Origin: Podarcis melisellensis
Taxonomy: Eukaryota
Length of the DNA: 64,000 bases
NCBI GenBank assembly: GCA_964234715.1
Contig: OZ174276.1
Direction: 5' to 3' (one strand)
Below the pieces are notes generated by a model, which was not told the origin of the DNA, ran no database searches, and was given only the letters and a program-made list of their open reading frames with translations. Position 1 is the stretch's first letter. Each line of letters begins with the position of its first letter. A program made the translations under genes and the position numbers. Below are positions 1-12,954 of this stretch, piece by piece.

Positions 1-1351
1 GCCAAGGCTCATTGCCGCCATTAAATGCCATGTCTTCCATGTCAAGCAAAATGGAGCAAACCACACAGGTGACACAGGAAAGTTTTTAGATTACCAGTAA
101 CAACCTTCCATTCTAAAACAAGATCCTCACTAGCAGTAGAATATATTCTTCTTCTTCAGTACAGCTTTCGCTTCTAAAAATTACCCTATTCATCCAAAGG
201 GCCAAGTTCTTAGGCATAGTCTTTTGTCATTAATTACTTATATGTTTGTCACATTTTCAACCTTGCTATCTTCGTCCAAAGGGGAATTCTGTCTTTCTTT
301 CAAAAATGCACACAAAGCTTAAAACAAATCTGTTTACATGTGAGGTTCTTCCTGAACTATGGCCAATGTTATTCTTAGAACCTCTCTCCATCTATTTTGT
401 GATCCATCTGCCTTGGATTTTCTGCTTTGCAGCTGCAGAGCTTAAGCATCTCGACAGATCATTTAATAATCAATTGGGCTGCACCAGGTGTCTGGGAACC
501 TATTCAGAGATAATAGCTAATAGAGTAACTTCCTGTGGAATTAAATAGAGCTTGAATCTCCTCAATCCCAGCTATAACCACCACCAAAACAAAAATTGTT
601 AGTTTCTAACATACTCAAAGTATCCTCAGATGTACTGAAACTAAGCTTAAGTATGTGTTGAACTTACTTCAAAACACTAACAGTGCAATACTACACAAAC
701 CTACTCGGAAATAAGCTCCATAATAAAATTAAGAACAACAACAAACCAATAATTCCCCTCCCACAACACATTTAAAAGGGCATTGATTAAAAACAAATAA
801 CCAGCAAAGAAAAGAAAAATATACTAGTATAAAAATTATACTGGCAAAGATCTAGCATTCTATGTTTGGAGCACTTGACGAAAGTCTCTACCAGTAGCCA
901 AGTGAGGAGTTGTACTTATTACACATAACAGACAACTATGAGCCCTGTGCATTTTCTCCTGCAGCCCCTTGCAAAGTTGAATGGCTGTGCGGGTCTGTGT
1001 TTAGAGGAATGAGGGGCCCAACTCAGGAAGTAAACACAATATATGTGTTCCGTTTTGCTAGCCTGTTGAGAGCGGGCCTTAGATGAAAATAGCACAGCAT
1101 GGTTCCCAGGAGACACCTGGAAATTATGTCATCATGCTCAGAGTTAATCTACTGCTAATGTTTTGCTCAAGAGACTCTGCTTCTGCCAATTCCCTTCCAC
1201 CACTCATAGCTTTCCCTTCACAATTCCACACAATCCCAAAACACCAGAAATGTAAAAAAAACTGGACAAAAGTCCTGTTTCTGTTAGGCTGCAGACCCAA
1301 ATCAATTCTTCGGAGCACAGAAACAGATTTTTGCATGTTCAGACCTTTAAA

Positions 1352-2251
1352 CCTCCCCCTTAAATAAATTCAGACAAGACTCAAATTTGGGTTTTGGTTT
1401 TGGCAGAGTTTAGGCCACAACTTTATTGATTACAGCAAGTGAGTGGTTGCATAGGCTCTTCTTCGACTAGCTCCCTGCATCATTGCAGGTAGCGTTGATT
1501 CAGGGCACCAGCATAGGTAGTCTAGGATGAACACCTGCATAAGCGGAAAGCTGGGAACAGGCTATCTCCACCACCCAAATGCCCCCCTGGACTCAGGCAG
1601 GGGCACAACCCTCTCTCAGGGGTTGACCAAACCATTGAGTCCATGGATTCCTTTAACGCAGTGTTTCCCAACCTTGGGCCTCCAGCTGTTTTTGAACTAC
1701 AATTCCCATCATCCCTGACCACTGGTCTTGCTAGCTAGGGATGATGGGAATTGTAGGCCAAAAACATCTGGAGGCCCAAGGTTGGGAAACACTGCTTTAA
1801 CGGAATACCCTTCACATAGGGATGGCGAGACCGCTCTCCATCCCTATCACCTGAACCAGAGCCTATCCGCAACCTTACAAGTTGTGACGATTTGCTACGC
1901 AGCAAGCGAAACCCCAATGGCACCAGCCAATCAGCCAAGTGGGGAAAATTACTGCTGTGCCCCTGTCCCAATGACAGACGACACACGATGGCATAGCAAG
2001 GTCAAGTGCAAAACCCTAAAAATAGGGAGAGGTGGGCAGGTGTTCTGATGCACGCACCAAAAGAGGAAGTTATGGGTATATATAGGTATATATAGGTCCC
2101 TTGATCCGTTTAACCTACGTCCCATTGGCCTGATTAAACCCTGCATCAAGGGACCTACCAGTTGGGTGTTGTGGCTATCCGATCATGCCTACCCACAACA
2201 CAGGGTTTGGTTGCCAGGTCTCACCGCATCATGTGCCCTCTTTAAGGGAGG
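1352..2251. mobile_element. Hairpin-rich interspersed repeat (LTR-like or DIRS/Ngaro-like terminal repeat; family uncertain), interrupted by a hAT MITE
   Basis: Imperfect terminal inverted repeat cctcccccttaaa (1352) / tttaagggagg (2241-2251). Minus-strand AATAAAGTTGTGGCC near 1413-1427. TATATA tracts at 2077-2094. Three internal stem-loops. Family assignment is inference. Confidence 0.45.
1659..1794. mobile_element. Palindromic non-autonomous hAT MITE
   Basis: Near-perfect fold-back (cagtgtttcccaaccttgggcctccag ... ctggaggcccaaggttgggaaacactg). Perfect 8-bp TSD ctttaacg at 1651-1658 and 1795-1802. Confidence 0.9.
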
Positions 2252-2851
2252 ACCCGATTTCTCAATTAAAGAGCATGTTGTGCAGCTACAGCCTGACTTC
2301 ATAACAGGGTATATTGAATACATTTAACGGTACTCTACTCATTTTCCAAAAGCCAATGCAAGCATGCGGTTTCATGGTTTGTATTAGAAGCTGTGCTGAA
2401 CACAAATCTAGCATGTGTTTAGCAATGTAAGATGTGTCAATTTCTCTTCCCCTATCTCGCCTTAGCTGTTGGAACATGTTTAGCAAGTAGCATTTCAGGG
2501 CGGGCTGACTGCTCTCAGAAGGTTTCAGTCTGGCCTATTAAGACAAAATCTTTTCTGGAGGGGTTGGGAAGGCCTGCAGACTTTTTAACAAAGGCCTGCC
2601 TCTGACTATTTGTAGGACTCAAGCTCTGCTTTCTTCACAGGACCAACATCAACTGCAAAGGATTGAGAGCATTTAGACCGTTTCCTTGTGATTCTGTGTA
2701 TCCATCAGCCCTGTGAACCCAGAAGTGCTTAAAGTGATTAAAGGCACCCAGTCAAATTAAAGTAGCAATAGTCTTTCTTTCCGAGGAATGGAATTCCTTC
2801 TGGGTAGCTGAATAATTAGATAGAAACAGAAAAACAGTTTCTCCAATAGTG

Positions 2852-3402
2852 GACAGCAGTCACGAAATTAAAAGACGCCTGCTTCTTGGGAGAAAAGCAA
2901 TGACAAACCTAGACAGCATCTTAAAAAGCAGAGACATCACCTTGCTGACAAAGGTCCGTATAGTTAAAGCTATGGTTTTCCCAGTAGTGATGTATGGAAG
3001 TGAGAGCTGGACCATAATGAAGGCTGATCGCCGAAGAATTGATGCTTTTGAATTATGGTGCTGGAGGAGACTCTTGAGAGTATCGTGGACTGCAAGAAGA
3101 TCAAACTGATCCATTCTTAAGGAAATCAGCCCTGAGTGCTCACTGGAAGGACAGATCCTGAAGCTGAGGCTCCGATACTTTGGCCACCTCATGAGAAGAA
3201 AAGACTACCTGGAAAAGACCCTGATGTTGGGAAAGATGGAGGGCACAAGGAGAAGGGGACGACAGAGGATGAGATGGATGGACAGTGTTCTTGAAGCTAC
3301 CAGTATGAGTTTGACCAAACTGCGGGAGGCAGTGGAAGACAGGAGTGCCTGGCGTGCTCTGGTCCATGGGGTCACGAAGAGTCGGACACGACTAAACTAC
3401 AA
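2852..3402 (+). mobile_element. 5'-truncated BovB (RTE) LINE, last ~550 bp
   Basis: Translates to the BovB C-terminus (HEIKRRLLLGRKAMTNLDSILKSRDIT...GVTKSRTRLN). Colinear with the 3' end of the full-length copy at 56971-57531. Contains a premature stop. Confidence 0.95.
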
Positions 3403-3849
3403 AATTTACTATTTGTCCTCTGCAAATATGATGAGCATCCCCCTCATCCCCTATATTACAGTTACTTATAAATAAAACTATTTCTAGTGTCTTTCATTCC
3501 GGAGAGTACCAAAGCAGTTTACAACAATAAATCATAAAACATAAAACATACCCCCCCAAAAAACCAATATTAACGTTAGTTACAGTAATCAGGGTGCTAA
3601 AAACTGGTATAGAAACAGCCTAGAAATGTCTGAGGAAATAGGTAAGTTGTTGGGGGGGTTGCAATTTTTAAAATAATGGATAAGTTTCCTAAGCACACTG
3701 GAAGCACCCAACAGTTGGTGCCTAGGCTCATCTCCAAGGGGAAGTCATCCCATAGAGTAGGTGTCCCCACAGAGAAAGTTATATTGCATACAATTATAAC
3801 TTCTGCAGCTAATGCAATTAACATGGCTTTATCTAGAAATGATCTAGAA

Positions 3850-4036
3850 CTGTGGTTCCCAACTGGTGGTCCATGGAGCTCAGAAGGTCCAGAAAACCCA
3901 CCTGGGGGGGGGTCCATGGCACCATTCACCTACAAAAACAACCGTAGAGATATCAAAATTTTCAAAAGTAGGTGGTCCATGGTTTGGCTTTTGAAAAATA
4001 GGGGGTCCGCCATACTTAGCTAATTGGGATCCACTG
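3850..4036. mobile_element. hAT-type MITE
   Basis: Ends ctgtggttccca / tgggatccactg. Flanks atctagaa / gcctagaa are a degenerate CTAG-centred 8-bp TSD. Confidence 0.6.
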
Positions 4037-4429
4037 GCCTAGAATGCAAATGATAACAAAAACTTGGAAATGTCTTATACTTCAGTGTCTTGACAGTTGC
4101 CAACACCACCAGAGCCCTCTGTTTTATTTGGCTGGATGGCAGCAACTAGGCCTCTCTCGCATAGGGCAGAGTCTTCTCTTTTGCCGAGTGCCTTTCTTCT
4201 ATCTATGAAATTATGTCACGGGTGGCAAACCTTTCCCAGCCTGAGGGTGGCATTCTTTTGTAAACAAGCTTCCGAGGGGGGGGGCACATATCATCTCAAG
4301 ACAAAAGTGGGCAAAGCAATAACTCTTACCTTCATAGCATTGGCTACATTCCAACTATGCAAAAGCCAGAAGTTTCTGCACCCACGCCTCTTCATCTTCA
4401 ATCTAGTCAAGTAAGTGGGCTTTTAAAAT

Positions 4430-4590
4430 GTGGGGTTTTTTTGGGGGGGGGGTTATTGGATTATTGTTGTTTTTATTTTGATTCTGTATTTTGTGGTTTT
4501 ATATTTTGATTTTATTCTGTGAACCGCCCTGAGACGTCCAGATATAGGGCAGTATATAAATTGAAATCAATCAATCAATCAATCAAATAA
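4430..4590 (+). mobile_element. LINE 3' end fragment (L2/CR1-like) with (TCAA)n tail, nested in an older DNA-transposon remnant (~4220-4740; relative at ~38150-38430)
   Basis: T-rich tract, then tgtgaaccgccctgag...agggcagtatataaa and a microsatellite tail. The flanking host sequence shares agacaaaagtggg and gttcaagga blocks with 38150-38430. Confidence 0.5.
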
Positions 4591-5039
4591 TTACAGTTCA
4601 AGGACACATAACCAGCCAGACAAAAGCAGTTGAAGAAGGCTCTGAGGATGGCTAAGGGCGTGGCATGGCAAAGGGAGAGTCCCACAGACCAGCTAGAGAT
4701 GCCTGTAGGGACATAACCCCTGGGCCTGACGTTACCTCTGATTTACGTAATCCCATTTCTAGTGCCTATGAACAGGAACAAGCTAGAGTTTTTGTGGTTT
4801 GTTTGTGTACGAGTTTCACAAGTCTCTTTTGGAGGCTTGCTCAACATCTTCTGCCTTTGCATTTTGACAGCTATACAACACCATAGCAGAAGATGTTCCA
4901 CTAACTGAACTTTTATTAGAGGAACTGGAGTGCCCTGTTTGGAGTTCAAAATGGCGGATAACCTCTGCTTAGTTCACACAATAGATTAACAGGAGTGTAT
5001 ATTTAAATGTACCCTGCCTTTTTGTACAAGGTTACTTAC

Positions 5040-5110
5040 TCATTCTTCTCAACATCCAAGATGAAGTTTCTTCCTTCAGCTGTTATTTCTACTTCTGCTC
5101 TGGGTGGGTG
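5040..5110 (-). CDS. ADAM19: ADAM19 coding exon 3 (prodomain)
   Basis: tgtttctgtgttgtatgcAG|CAC...AAT GA|GTAAGT. 71 bp. Translates HPPRAEVEITAEGRNFILDVEKNE, matching recalled human ADAM19 HPLKAELRVMAEGRELILDLEKNE. Phase fits exon 2. Confidence 0.93.
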
Positions 5111-5519
5111 CTGCATACAACACAGAAACAATAGGTTTACACACACTCTGCATTTCTGGCTTACGACAGAATCAAGATATTAAGCAAAAGTTGATAAATA
5201 CTGTAATAGCAAATAGTTTATTTCACTGATTCTCAAACAGTAGACTGCAGATCGCTTACAACCCAGTTGCTATGACTGTTTACTTAGAAGCAAATCCAGC
5301 AGAGTTCAATAAGACCAACTCCCAGGTTGCAACTGGATTGCAGGCTTATTGGTCCACAGTGGTATACCAGACCATAACACAACCAGAGAAGAACACTGGC
5401 AAACTATATCTGGAGCAAACCGTGATGAACGCAGAATTAAAATTCCCTTCCTGGGCTCCAGTGCAGCTGTACTGAATGGACTGACTTGAATGTAAAGGAA
5501 AAGCAGGACTAGAGAGTGG

Positions 5520-5660
5520 ATAAGAACATATGAAGCATTTACTGGATCAGGCCAATGGCCCGTCTAGTCCAGCATTCTGTTCTCACAGTGGCCAGCCTAC
5601 GAGAAGTCCAAAAGCAGAACGTGAGTGCAACAGCACTATCCCCACTCATGATTCCCACCA
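5520..5660 (-). mobile_element. CR1-type LINE 3' fragment
   Basis: taagaacata...ctggatcaggccaatggcccgtctagtccagcattctgttctcacagtggcca is the reverse complement of a typical reptile CR1 3' end. Confidence 0.6.
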
Positions 5661-5912
5661 ATGGGCACATGTGTACTGCTTGCAGCTGTGAAGACATGAC
5701 ATAGCCATTGTGCGGTTGACAGGAACTTGCAGATTTGTGCATGATGCATGCCGCTGAGATGTTGGTTGGTCAAGACATTACTATTCAAGACTGATTCAAA
5801 GAACAAGCAAAACACAATACAACAAAGTTTTAGAAATCATTGGCTGATTGGGAATGATGCAGACCCTAATAATGCCTATCTAACACCCACCCACCCTCCT
5901 TCATTGGGGGTC

Positions 5913-6006
5913 GGGTGGCCCTCTGTCAGGAATTCTTTAGCTGTGGTTCCTGCATTGTAGGGGGTTGGACGAGATATCGCTTGGGTTCCCTTCCAACCCT
6001 ACTATG
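5913..6006 (+). mobile_element. CR1 LINE 3' end fragment
   Basis: ttcctgcattgtagggggttggac...cccttccaacc, the same motif as 14424-14552. Confidence 0.6.
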
Positions 6007-6355
6007 GATATTACAGTATGTTCTCTCAGAAGCGGAACTTGGCTAATGATTCTTTGTGGTGGCTTACAAAGGCTGCAAGGTGGAAATTGGCAAATAATAG
6101 CTGAAGTGTCAAAGGCAGAGCAGGCGGACGAGGCAGGAAATCGCTATCACCTCCCCCCATGCACCCTCATAAAAAAAACAAACCACAGCCTGTTAATAAG
6201 AAGGAAAGTGAGTAATGTTGGTTGTCCCAAGTAATCAAAATTGCACCACTGTTAAACATGTTCCCATCCTAAGTGTGGTCTATGAAGGAACCTCGCCCAC
6301 ACTGAGCAGCAAATTGTTCAACCAAAATAGCCTCCAGCTTCTGCATTTCTAGTGC

Positions 6356-6357
<2 letters not shown>

Positions 6358-6403
<46 letters not shown>
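6358..6403. repeat. (CA)n microsatellite
   Basis: About 22 perfect CA units. Confidence 0.98.
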
Positions 6404-6406
<3 letters not shown>

Positions 6407-7021
6407 TGGTTGCTACAACTTCCATGGAGAACACCATCCTCTTTTCCTATTCATATATCAACACGGTCCTTGACTATTCATAGTGGCAACAGATGTGCCC
6501 CCCTTCTCATGCCTAATTTTAAACGATTTTTCCAATTTCATTTTAGAGCATTCAGGAACATTTTTGAGAGCTTGCATGAGCAGGAGGAGGGAGAGAGCAC
6601 TTTGTGGCTAATGTGCAGGCCAGAGACTCGGGAGATGTGGGTTCAGTTCCCAGCTTGAGAGTTGCCTGTGCAATCTCTTTGTTGAGCAACTTGTTCCAAG
6701 CAAGAGAGAAGGACAAAAAAGAAATAGCAATGCCCTCTTGCCCTTATTGACACATGAGGCCTACCACATCCTTCTTCGTCAACTCTGCAAGGGATCTGAT
6801 AGCAAATGGGTCACAGAGCTGGCCCTTCCCTTTGATCAAAAGCACATTTGCATGGCCACACACATAGCAGTAGAGGAAAACTGATGCTTGCTTTGATTAA
6901 ATCTCTGCTTCCCATCTGTCTGGTGCTTCCACACAGCCAAAACAGAGACGGCCAACAACAACTAGCTGAGCTCCTCAGATAATTCTGCTGCACATCTGTG
7001 ACATTTTTGTAGGAAATAACC

Positions 7022-7220
7022 GGGGAAGGGCTGTGGCTCAATGGGAGAGCATCTGCTTTGCACACAGTAGGTGCCAGCTTCAATCTCCTGCATCTCCAGG
7101 CAGGACCGGAAGTGTTCCTTGCCTAAAACCCTGGACAGCCACTGCCTGTCAGTGTGGACAGTCTTGAGCGAGAGGGACCCATGGTCTGTCTTGGTAAAAG
7201 GCAGCTTCCTATGTTCTTAA
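7022..7220 (+). mobile_element. tRNA-derived SINE (Squam3-like)
   Basis: A-box-like tggctcaatgg, degenerate B-box, conserved body and tail ggcagcttcctatgttc. Homologous copies at 8205-8392 and 25795-25923. Confidence 0.8.
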
Positions 7221-8204
7221 CTGGATTGAAGTTGGAGAAACTCCCAATGTTGGCTTGGAGCAGGTGGAAGATGAACAGCACTATTGACTATATCCAATGC
7301 CAAGCATACAGAATCTGATTTCTGTGCATCATACAAGGAACCACATGGTACCACAACCAAGGGGGAAAGGGGAAGCATCAGTGAGAATTCGGCTGTACAC
7401 AGAAAAAGTTGGCAGGCATTTCTGCAGCCACAGCTTCAGCTTTTCCAGCTGCTGCAGTCTTGAGAACTGTTGCCTCTTTGTGTAGGCTAGTTCACAGCAT
7501 GGTATCCTCATGTGACTAGAGGGGCTACAGATGCTCTAGTGTGGGGGGACTTACAAGCTGCTTCCAAGCCTTTTGAGAACCAGACGGATCAACCCAGTGG
7601 TTTGAAATTGTCTTCAGCAAATCACACAGTCTTATGTCTTGCTTACTCATCTTTACAAGATGAGTGGCCTACTTAGCAGGATGGGCGAACAGAACTGATG
7701 CACTAACTAATATAAACCCTGATAAGGCTATCACACTCTTTTCCCCAGGCCCCATACCAAAAAGCCCTTTATCACTAGTGGTGATAAAGGATCTAAGGGT
7801 AGCAGCAAGAGGCACTAAGAAAACATAATCACAAAAAGGCACTTGCAATACACAAAAGACCACTCGTTCTAAAAAAAAAAAAAATACTTTCTCCATTAGC
7901 ACAAATAGTACTTAAGGCCAGATGCTCCTCTGCCAGAACCATATTTAAAAGCAATTTGCTAGTGACACCAGCAGATACAATTCCCTCTGCAACATAGTAA
8001 AATGTAATGAATTCTGGAATTTCTAAATTCTGAGGGTGGTATTCAAGGAATTTTTACTCAGAGCAGACTAATTTTAATTAAAGAACATGACTAAGTTAGG
8101 TTTGTTAATTCCAGTATTCATTTAGTTTTGACGCTCTTGCCAGATGATGACTCAAAAGGCCACAGAACATCTTCACACATACACTCATATGTGAGGAGGA
8201 AGAG

Positions 8205-8392
8205 TCAAAGTTCAGTGGCAGAGCATCTGCTTTGCCTGCAGAAGGTTCCAGATTCAATCCCTGGCACCTCCAGGTGGAACTGGCAAAAACTATTGGAATC
8301 TGAAATCCTAGAGAGCCACTCCCAGTCAGCATAGACAATATTGATTGAGCTAGATAGACCAAAGGTCTGACTCAGTATAAGACAGCTTCCTT
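8205..8392 (+). mobile_element. tRNA-derived SINE (Squam3-like)
   Basis: gttcagtggcagagcatctgctttgc...gattcaatccc...gagctagatagaccaaaggtctgactcagtataagacagcttcct. Confidence 0.8.
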
Positions 8393-8579
8393 CATCCCTC
8401 TTGGTATTGATAATGGGTATATGAGTTTATCCAGCTTAGGCAGATTTTACAAGGCACTTCACAGCCAGACTGTCACTGCTATATAATTCCCACCAATGAT
8501 CGTATCAGGAGGATAATGGTTATTTGAAAGGGACGAGAAAGCACAGCTCGTTTCCTGTTATTGTGGCTGAGCAACCTAC

Positions 8580-8665
8580 CTTATCATTGCCAGAGCTTCC
8601 ATCTGATCGCCACTGAGGTATTATGATTTCATGGTGCACCTGGGAGTGGACTGCATTCCATGTCC
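8580..8665 (-). CDS. ADAM19: ADAM19 coding exon 2
   Basis: tttatgtttcctcAG|GG ACA...GAT AAG|GTAGGT. 86 bp. Translates (G)TWNAVHSQVHHEIIIPQWRSDGSSGNDK, with HEIIIPQW matching recalled human HELIIPQW. Confidence 0.93.
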
Positions 8666-9241
8666 CTGAGGAAACATAAATAACTGTTCAAAGCCCCAGT
8701 CTGAACTCTGAAAGGTCATAGGAGAAAATCAGCACACAGGGGAGGGGGAACCCCCACTAACATCCTACTGTACCTATCCAAATAGCCAACCGTGTCTTTT
8801 ACAAACCCAGACAAGTCTTTTTGCCAGTCAAAAGCAGCCTTTGTTCTTGAGAGCAGATTCATCAACCACTTTTCTCACTAATTCCGTTCTCTGTTTCACA
8901 AGTATAATGCTGGCTTCTTGGCATGGAGAGACTAGACTGAGTTGGATTTTTGTGGATAATACACCCCCCCCAAAAAAAGCATTTGGGGCATCATTTCACC
9001 TGGGTTCATTGCTGTCATTGTAGCTGATTTGGCACATGTTTTTTTTAATGGTTTCTCCTTTTCCTGGCTACATAGTCAAGCCAATCGGGGTCATAGAGCT
9101 GATATAAGTGCAACAAAGCACCACACAGCAAATCAGGTTAATTTTTCCTTGAACCACACTCCCTCCTCCCACATTAACTCACAGAGAGCTTTATAGACAT
9201 GTTAAGGCATATAGTAGCTGACCACAGATTGCTATATTTGG

Positions 9242-9410
9242 GGTAAGGTAAAAGGTAAAGGACCCTTGGATGGTTAAATCCAGTCAAAGGTGATTTTGGG
9301 GTGTGGCGCTCATCTCGCTTCAGGCCATCTCGGCATTTGTCCACAGACAGCTTTCCAGGTCATGTGTCCAGCATGACTAAACTGCTTCTGGTGCAATGGA
9401 AGACTATGAC
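9242..9410 (-). mobile_element. Sauria SINE, 3' part
   Basis: (ggtaaa)n tail and a body colinear with the full copy at 29200-29576. Confidence 0.8.
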
Positions 9411-12160
9411 TATGGTGAGGATTTGTGGCAGACAGTGGAGTGGAGTGGGCAGAAAGCGGATGATCAGTGCTGATCATTGCACCAACTCCAGAATGGCACA
9501 GGGAACAGGTCCGATGCAATTATGTGGTAGCAGAGGGACCAATTTGGGATCCAGTGGATTTGTCAGGTCAAGCCTGACCTCTCCAAACCTTCAAGTGTCC
9601 CATTTCAGCTCTTTCTGATGGCTCCAGCCAACAGGTATCCTACTATTTGGCTTTAATCCTCAGCCACATATTTGATGGCTGGAAAAGGAAGTCTGATGTT
9701 TTCACTTCACCAATGAGGAGGCTGCCTTGACTGTGAGAGCTTTGTGGGGGGGACGTTTCCATCTGATCCAAGCCAAAAGGGGGGGTCTAGATTGCTCTGT
9801 TACTATGAAAGTAGCTGTCCAGTTCCAGAATGGTCAAGTTGGAAGTGAGTCTAAGGATAATCTAGTCCAACCACCAGCAATGCAGAACTATGTAGCTGTC
9901 CCATACAGCGATTGAACCTGCAACCTTGGTGTTGTCTTGAGAGGGCTACCTTCAGAGGGGCAGTGTTTTGCCCTAGTGAGGACAAAAAAGAGTAAACATG
10001 AGAGTGCATACTTCATGCATCTGTGAAGTGGAGTTTGGACGGGGAAAGGGATTGACTGTGTTGTGAACTCTGCACTTCCCACTCCTTTCCTTCTATAAAG
10101 ATACTGCATTATATTGAGTGAGTTGGCCTCTATTTTGTGGGAAGGATTCAGTTGGATATTGGAGATTTAAGATTATGCAATTCATAGGGCTCAATGAATC
10201 CACTTCCCCCACCCCTTTCTTTAAAAAAAAGCAAAACTTCTTGCAGTTAGGAAAATGTACTAAAAAGTGTGGGGTAACATGTGATTGACAGAAAGATGTA
10301 TAACCTCCCCGCAAACAAATCTGGATGAATGCTCAATAAAGAGTAAACTTTGTATAACCTCCATGCAAACTTTGCTCAATAAATGCATCATCTGGAGGAA
10401 CCCTGGGCCATATTCAACTAGCTGGTCCTGCTAAGTGGAAGCCAGAAGCAGGATGTATGAAGTTGCATCCCTCCCCCAGGATCCAATTGCCTTTTCCTGT
10501 TCATTCTTCCCCACATACTTCCAGAAGGATGTCCATGCTCCCTTCCCCCTATCCTGGATAAATGCTTAGCATGTTCACCTAATAAAATACCTAGTTAGCT
10601 CTTTTCTAAAAAGTGTAAAACCTAAAAAAAAAATAGCTGGTCGGAGAAGGGTAGAAGTCTGACATAATAAAATGACCACAAGGTTCAGGCAATTAATGTT
10701 GCGCACCCCTCTGGTCTGAAGAGGGGATGGTCATAGCATAATATTATCACAAGGACTGGCCAATCAGTGATCTCCAAATCCAAAAGAACAGATTCAACCT
10801 AATCCACTCTGGATTAGAAAGCAGTATGCAGAAACTAGGCAGATTTGAAGGATTAGAAATCTGAGGGATTAGAAATTTGGGTGTCTGTACATTTAACTGC
10901 CAGTTTTTGCCTTGCATTTAGGTCCTGCATTTCCTTCGTTTCGAAGAGCAGATGCATTTTTCTTTATTGAATATTCATGAAAGTTCACTGTAGTTCAAAA
11001 CAATCTTCTGTGCATTTAATTGTACAAAGCAATAACTTGGCAAATATGATTAATGTCACGAGCTCTTAATTAATCTGCCACTGTTCTGTAAGCAATATAG
11101 GCATTCCCGAAGGTTAAAAAGGTTTCAAATTATTTCCTTCTGAATTTTAAAGGAACAATTAATAACAGGTTCATATAGCAGAAAACCTCAGACACATTAA
11201 ATTACTTTCCCTCCACTCCTTTCAACTCAGATTGTATGGCCTCCTAGATCAAGTGGTGTGTGTTTGTGTGTGTGTGTTGCAATGCTTAAGCAATTCAAGC
11301 AATTAAATAAGCAAGTGTTTCAGGGGTAGAAGCATTCAGCACATATTAGAAGCTTGCTCTCTAACACACTACCGTCAGGTTTCCACACTACTTTGTTCTC
11401 ATGAGGACTAGAAACTTACTTTACAGCTGAGATGTTAATGAAGCCTATGCATTGCAAGTAAGCAGCTCTCTTATGCATGGGTGGCATTATGACTGACAGA
11501 ATGTTTTTGACCCCTGTGACAAGTCTACAATTAAAGACTTCTGCATTTAGTTCAACTGTGGGGCTGCACAGCTGCCATTCAGTACCCCTTCTGGTCCTAC
11601 CAACCTAGGACTGTGGTAAGAAGAAATGGAAAATCTGCAGTTCTATTTCTATAACCACTCCCATGGGCATACCTGTTGAACAGCCTTTCTTAAACAAATT
11701 TGTTGCTTCTGAATTAGAGCTTCATGGCTTAAAGGGAGGGAGGGAGGAGGCAGCATCTTCTACACCTATGGTTTATGTTCACAGCAATCTGGTGCATTTA
11801 GCATTTTCTTATCAAAAGTGCTGAAAGTGCTTTTCTGCTCAGGTGTGCTCCCAGCTAAGCATCCATCCTTTCATGCAAGTATTGCATATACCAAGAGGTA
11901 AATGTGCTGTTTAAAATGAAGGTTTGCAAGATCTCCTCTCATATCTCAGTTACAGTCGTTTGGTGGATTATGCATTACAGCACAATCCCATGTATACTCA
12001 GAAGTAAGTACTGTTAAATTCAGTGGAATTTACTCCTAGGTAAGTGGGTTGAAGATTGCAGCCTTAATCAGAGCGTTGTCTCTCTCTCTCTCCCACCCCC
12101 CTTGGTAAAACTGTTCCCACTTTTTATCCTGCCCTCCTGCACAGTGATCCAAACACTTAC

Positions 12161-12266
12161 CTGCCCAGTCTGACTCCTCAGCCGGCAACTGCCTTAGCCA
12201 AAGCAAGATGATGGAAATAGAATAAATCAAGTCTCCTTTTGCAGCACCGCAAATGATCCCTCCCAT
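12161..12266 (-). CDS. ADAM19: ADAM19 coding exon 1 (signal peptide)
   Basis: Kozak accATGg at 12266. MGGIICGAAKGDLIYSISIILLWLRQLPAEESDWA has a hydrophobic core. Phase-1 donor G|GTAAGT joins exon 2 in frame. Syntenic next to SOX30. Confidence 0.85.
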
Positions 12267-12954
12267 GGTCTGCAGAGAAGGCACGTTTCATAGAGATGGA
12301 GATGTCATAGCTGCTGGTGGTTCTTGATGCTGCTGCTGCATTTGGCTTGGTACAGAAGCCTCCGCTTTTGCAATGCCTTGGTAGGCACATGAAATAGTGG
12401 CTTAAAAAAAAAAGACCAGCTTTCAAATCCCGCCCATCACGGAAGCCATCATTCCTATTCCAAGACAGATGTTGGCCGGTGACGTCGCAGCAGCAGCAAA
12501 ACGCAGGATCCGTCCAACCATTATTATCTGACGAGGAGCCTTTAAGAAAGCATAGCGGGAGGTGGTGAGAAAGGCAATCTGTCTGTCCTTGCAGCCCGCC
12601 TGAAATTATAGCGAGAGCTTGTTCCTGTTACTCCTTTGTCTGCGAACCTACCGGCGGTGTGTGCAGTAAATTTCAGCGCTAGTTGTATTTATTTCAGGAG
12701 CTCCTTCGGATTCTGAAATGTATGACTTAAAAGCTTGAGGGGTCGTTCAGCAATCAGACAGTTATAAGCTCACAGGCATTAATTTGATAAGCAGTAAAGA
12801 GATCAGGGTGCATGCACCGTCAGCCTCCTTGGAAGAAAACGCACGCCGTGCGCATCTCCAGACGCAGAACAGGGTTGGGGCATTTCTTAACGAACAGTTA
12901 CCTTCCCACGAGGCATCTGTATTAAAGATGCATCTCGACTTAGATCTGTTCATT

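Noticed and set aside
1-5039. Search for ADAM19 exon 4
   Set aside because: No matching exon seen; treated as intron 3 continuing left of the window.
7022-7100. tRNA-like sequence (also near 8205 and 29480-29570)
   Set aside because: Degenerate heads of tRNA-derived SINEs that continue into SINE bodies; not tRNA genes.
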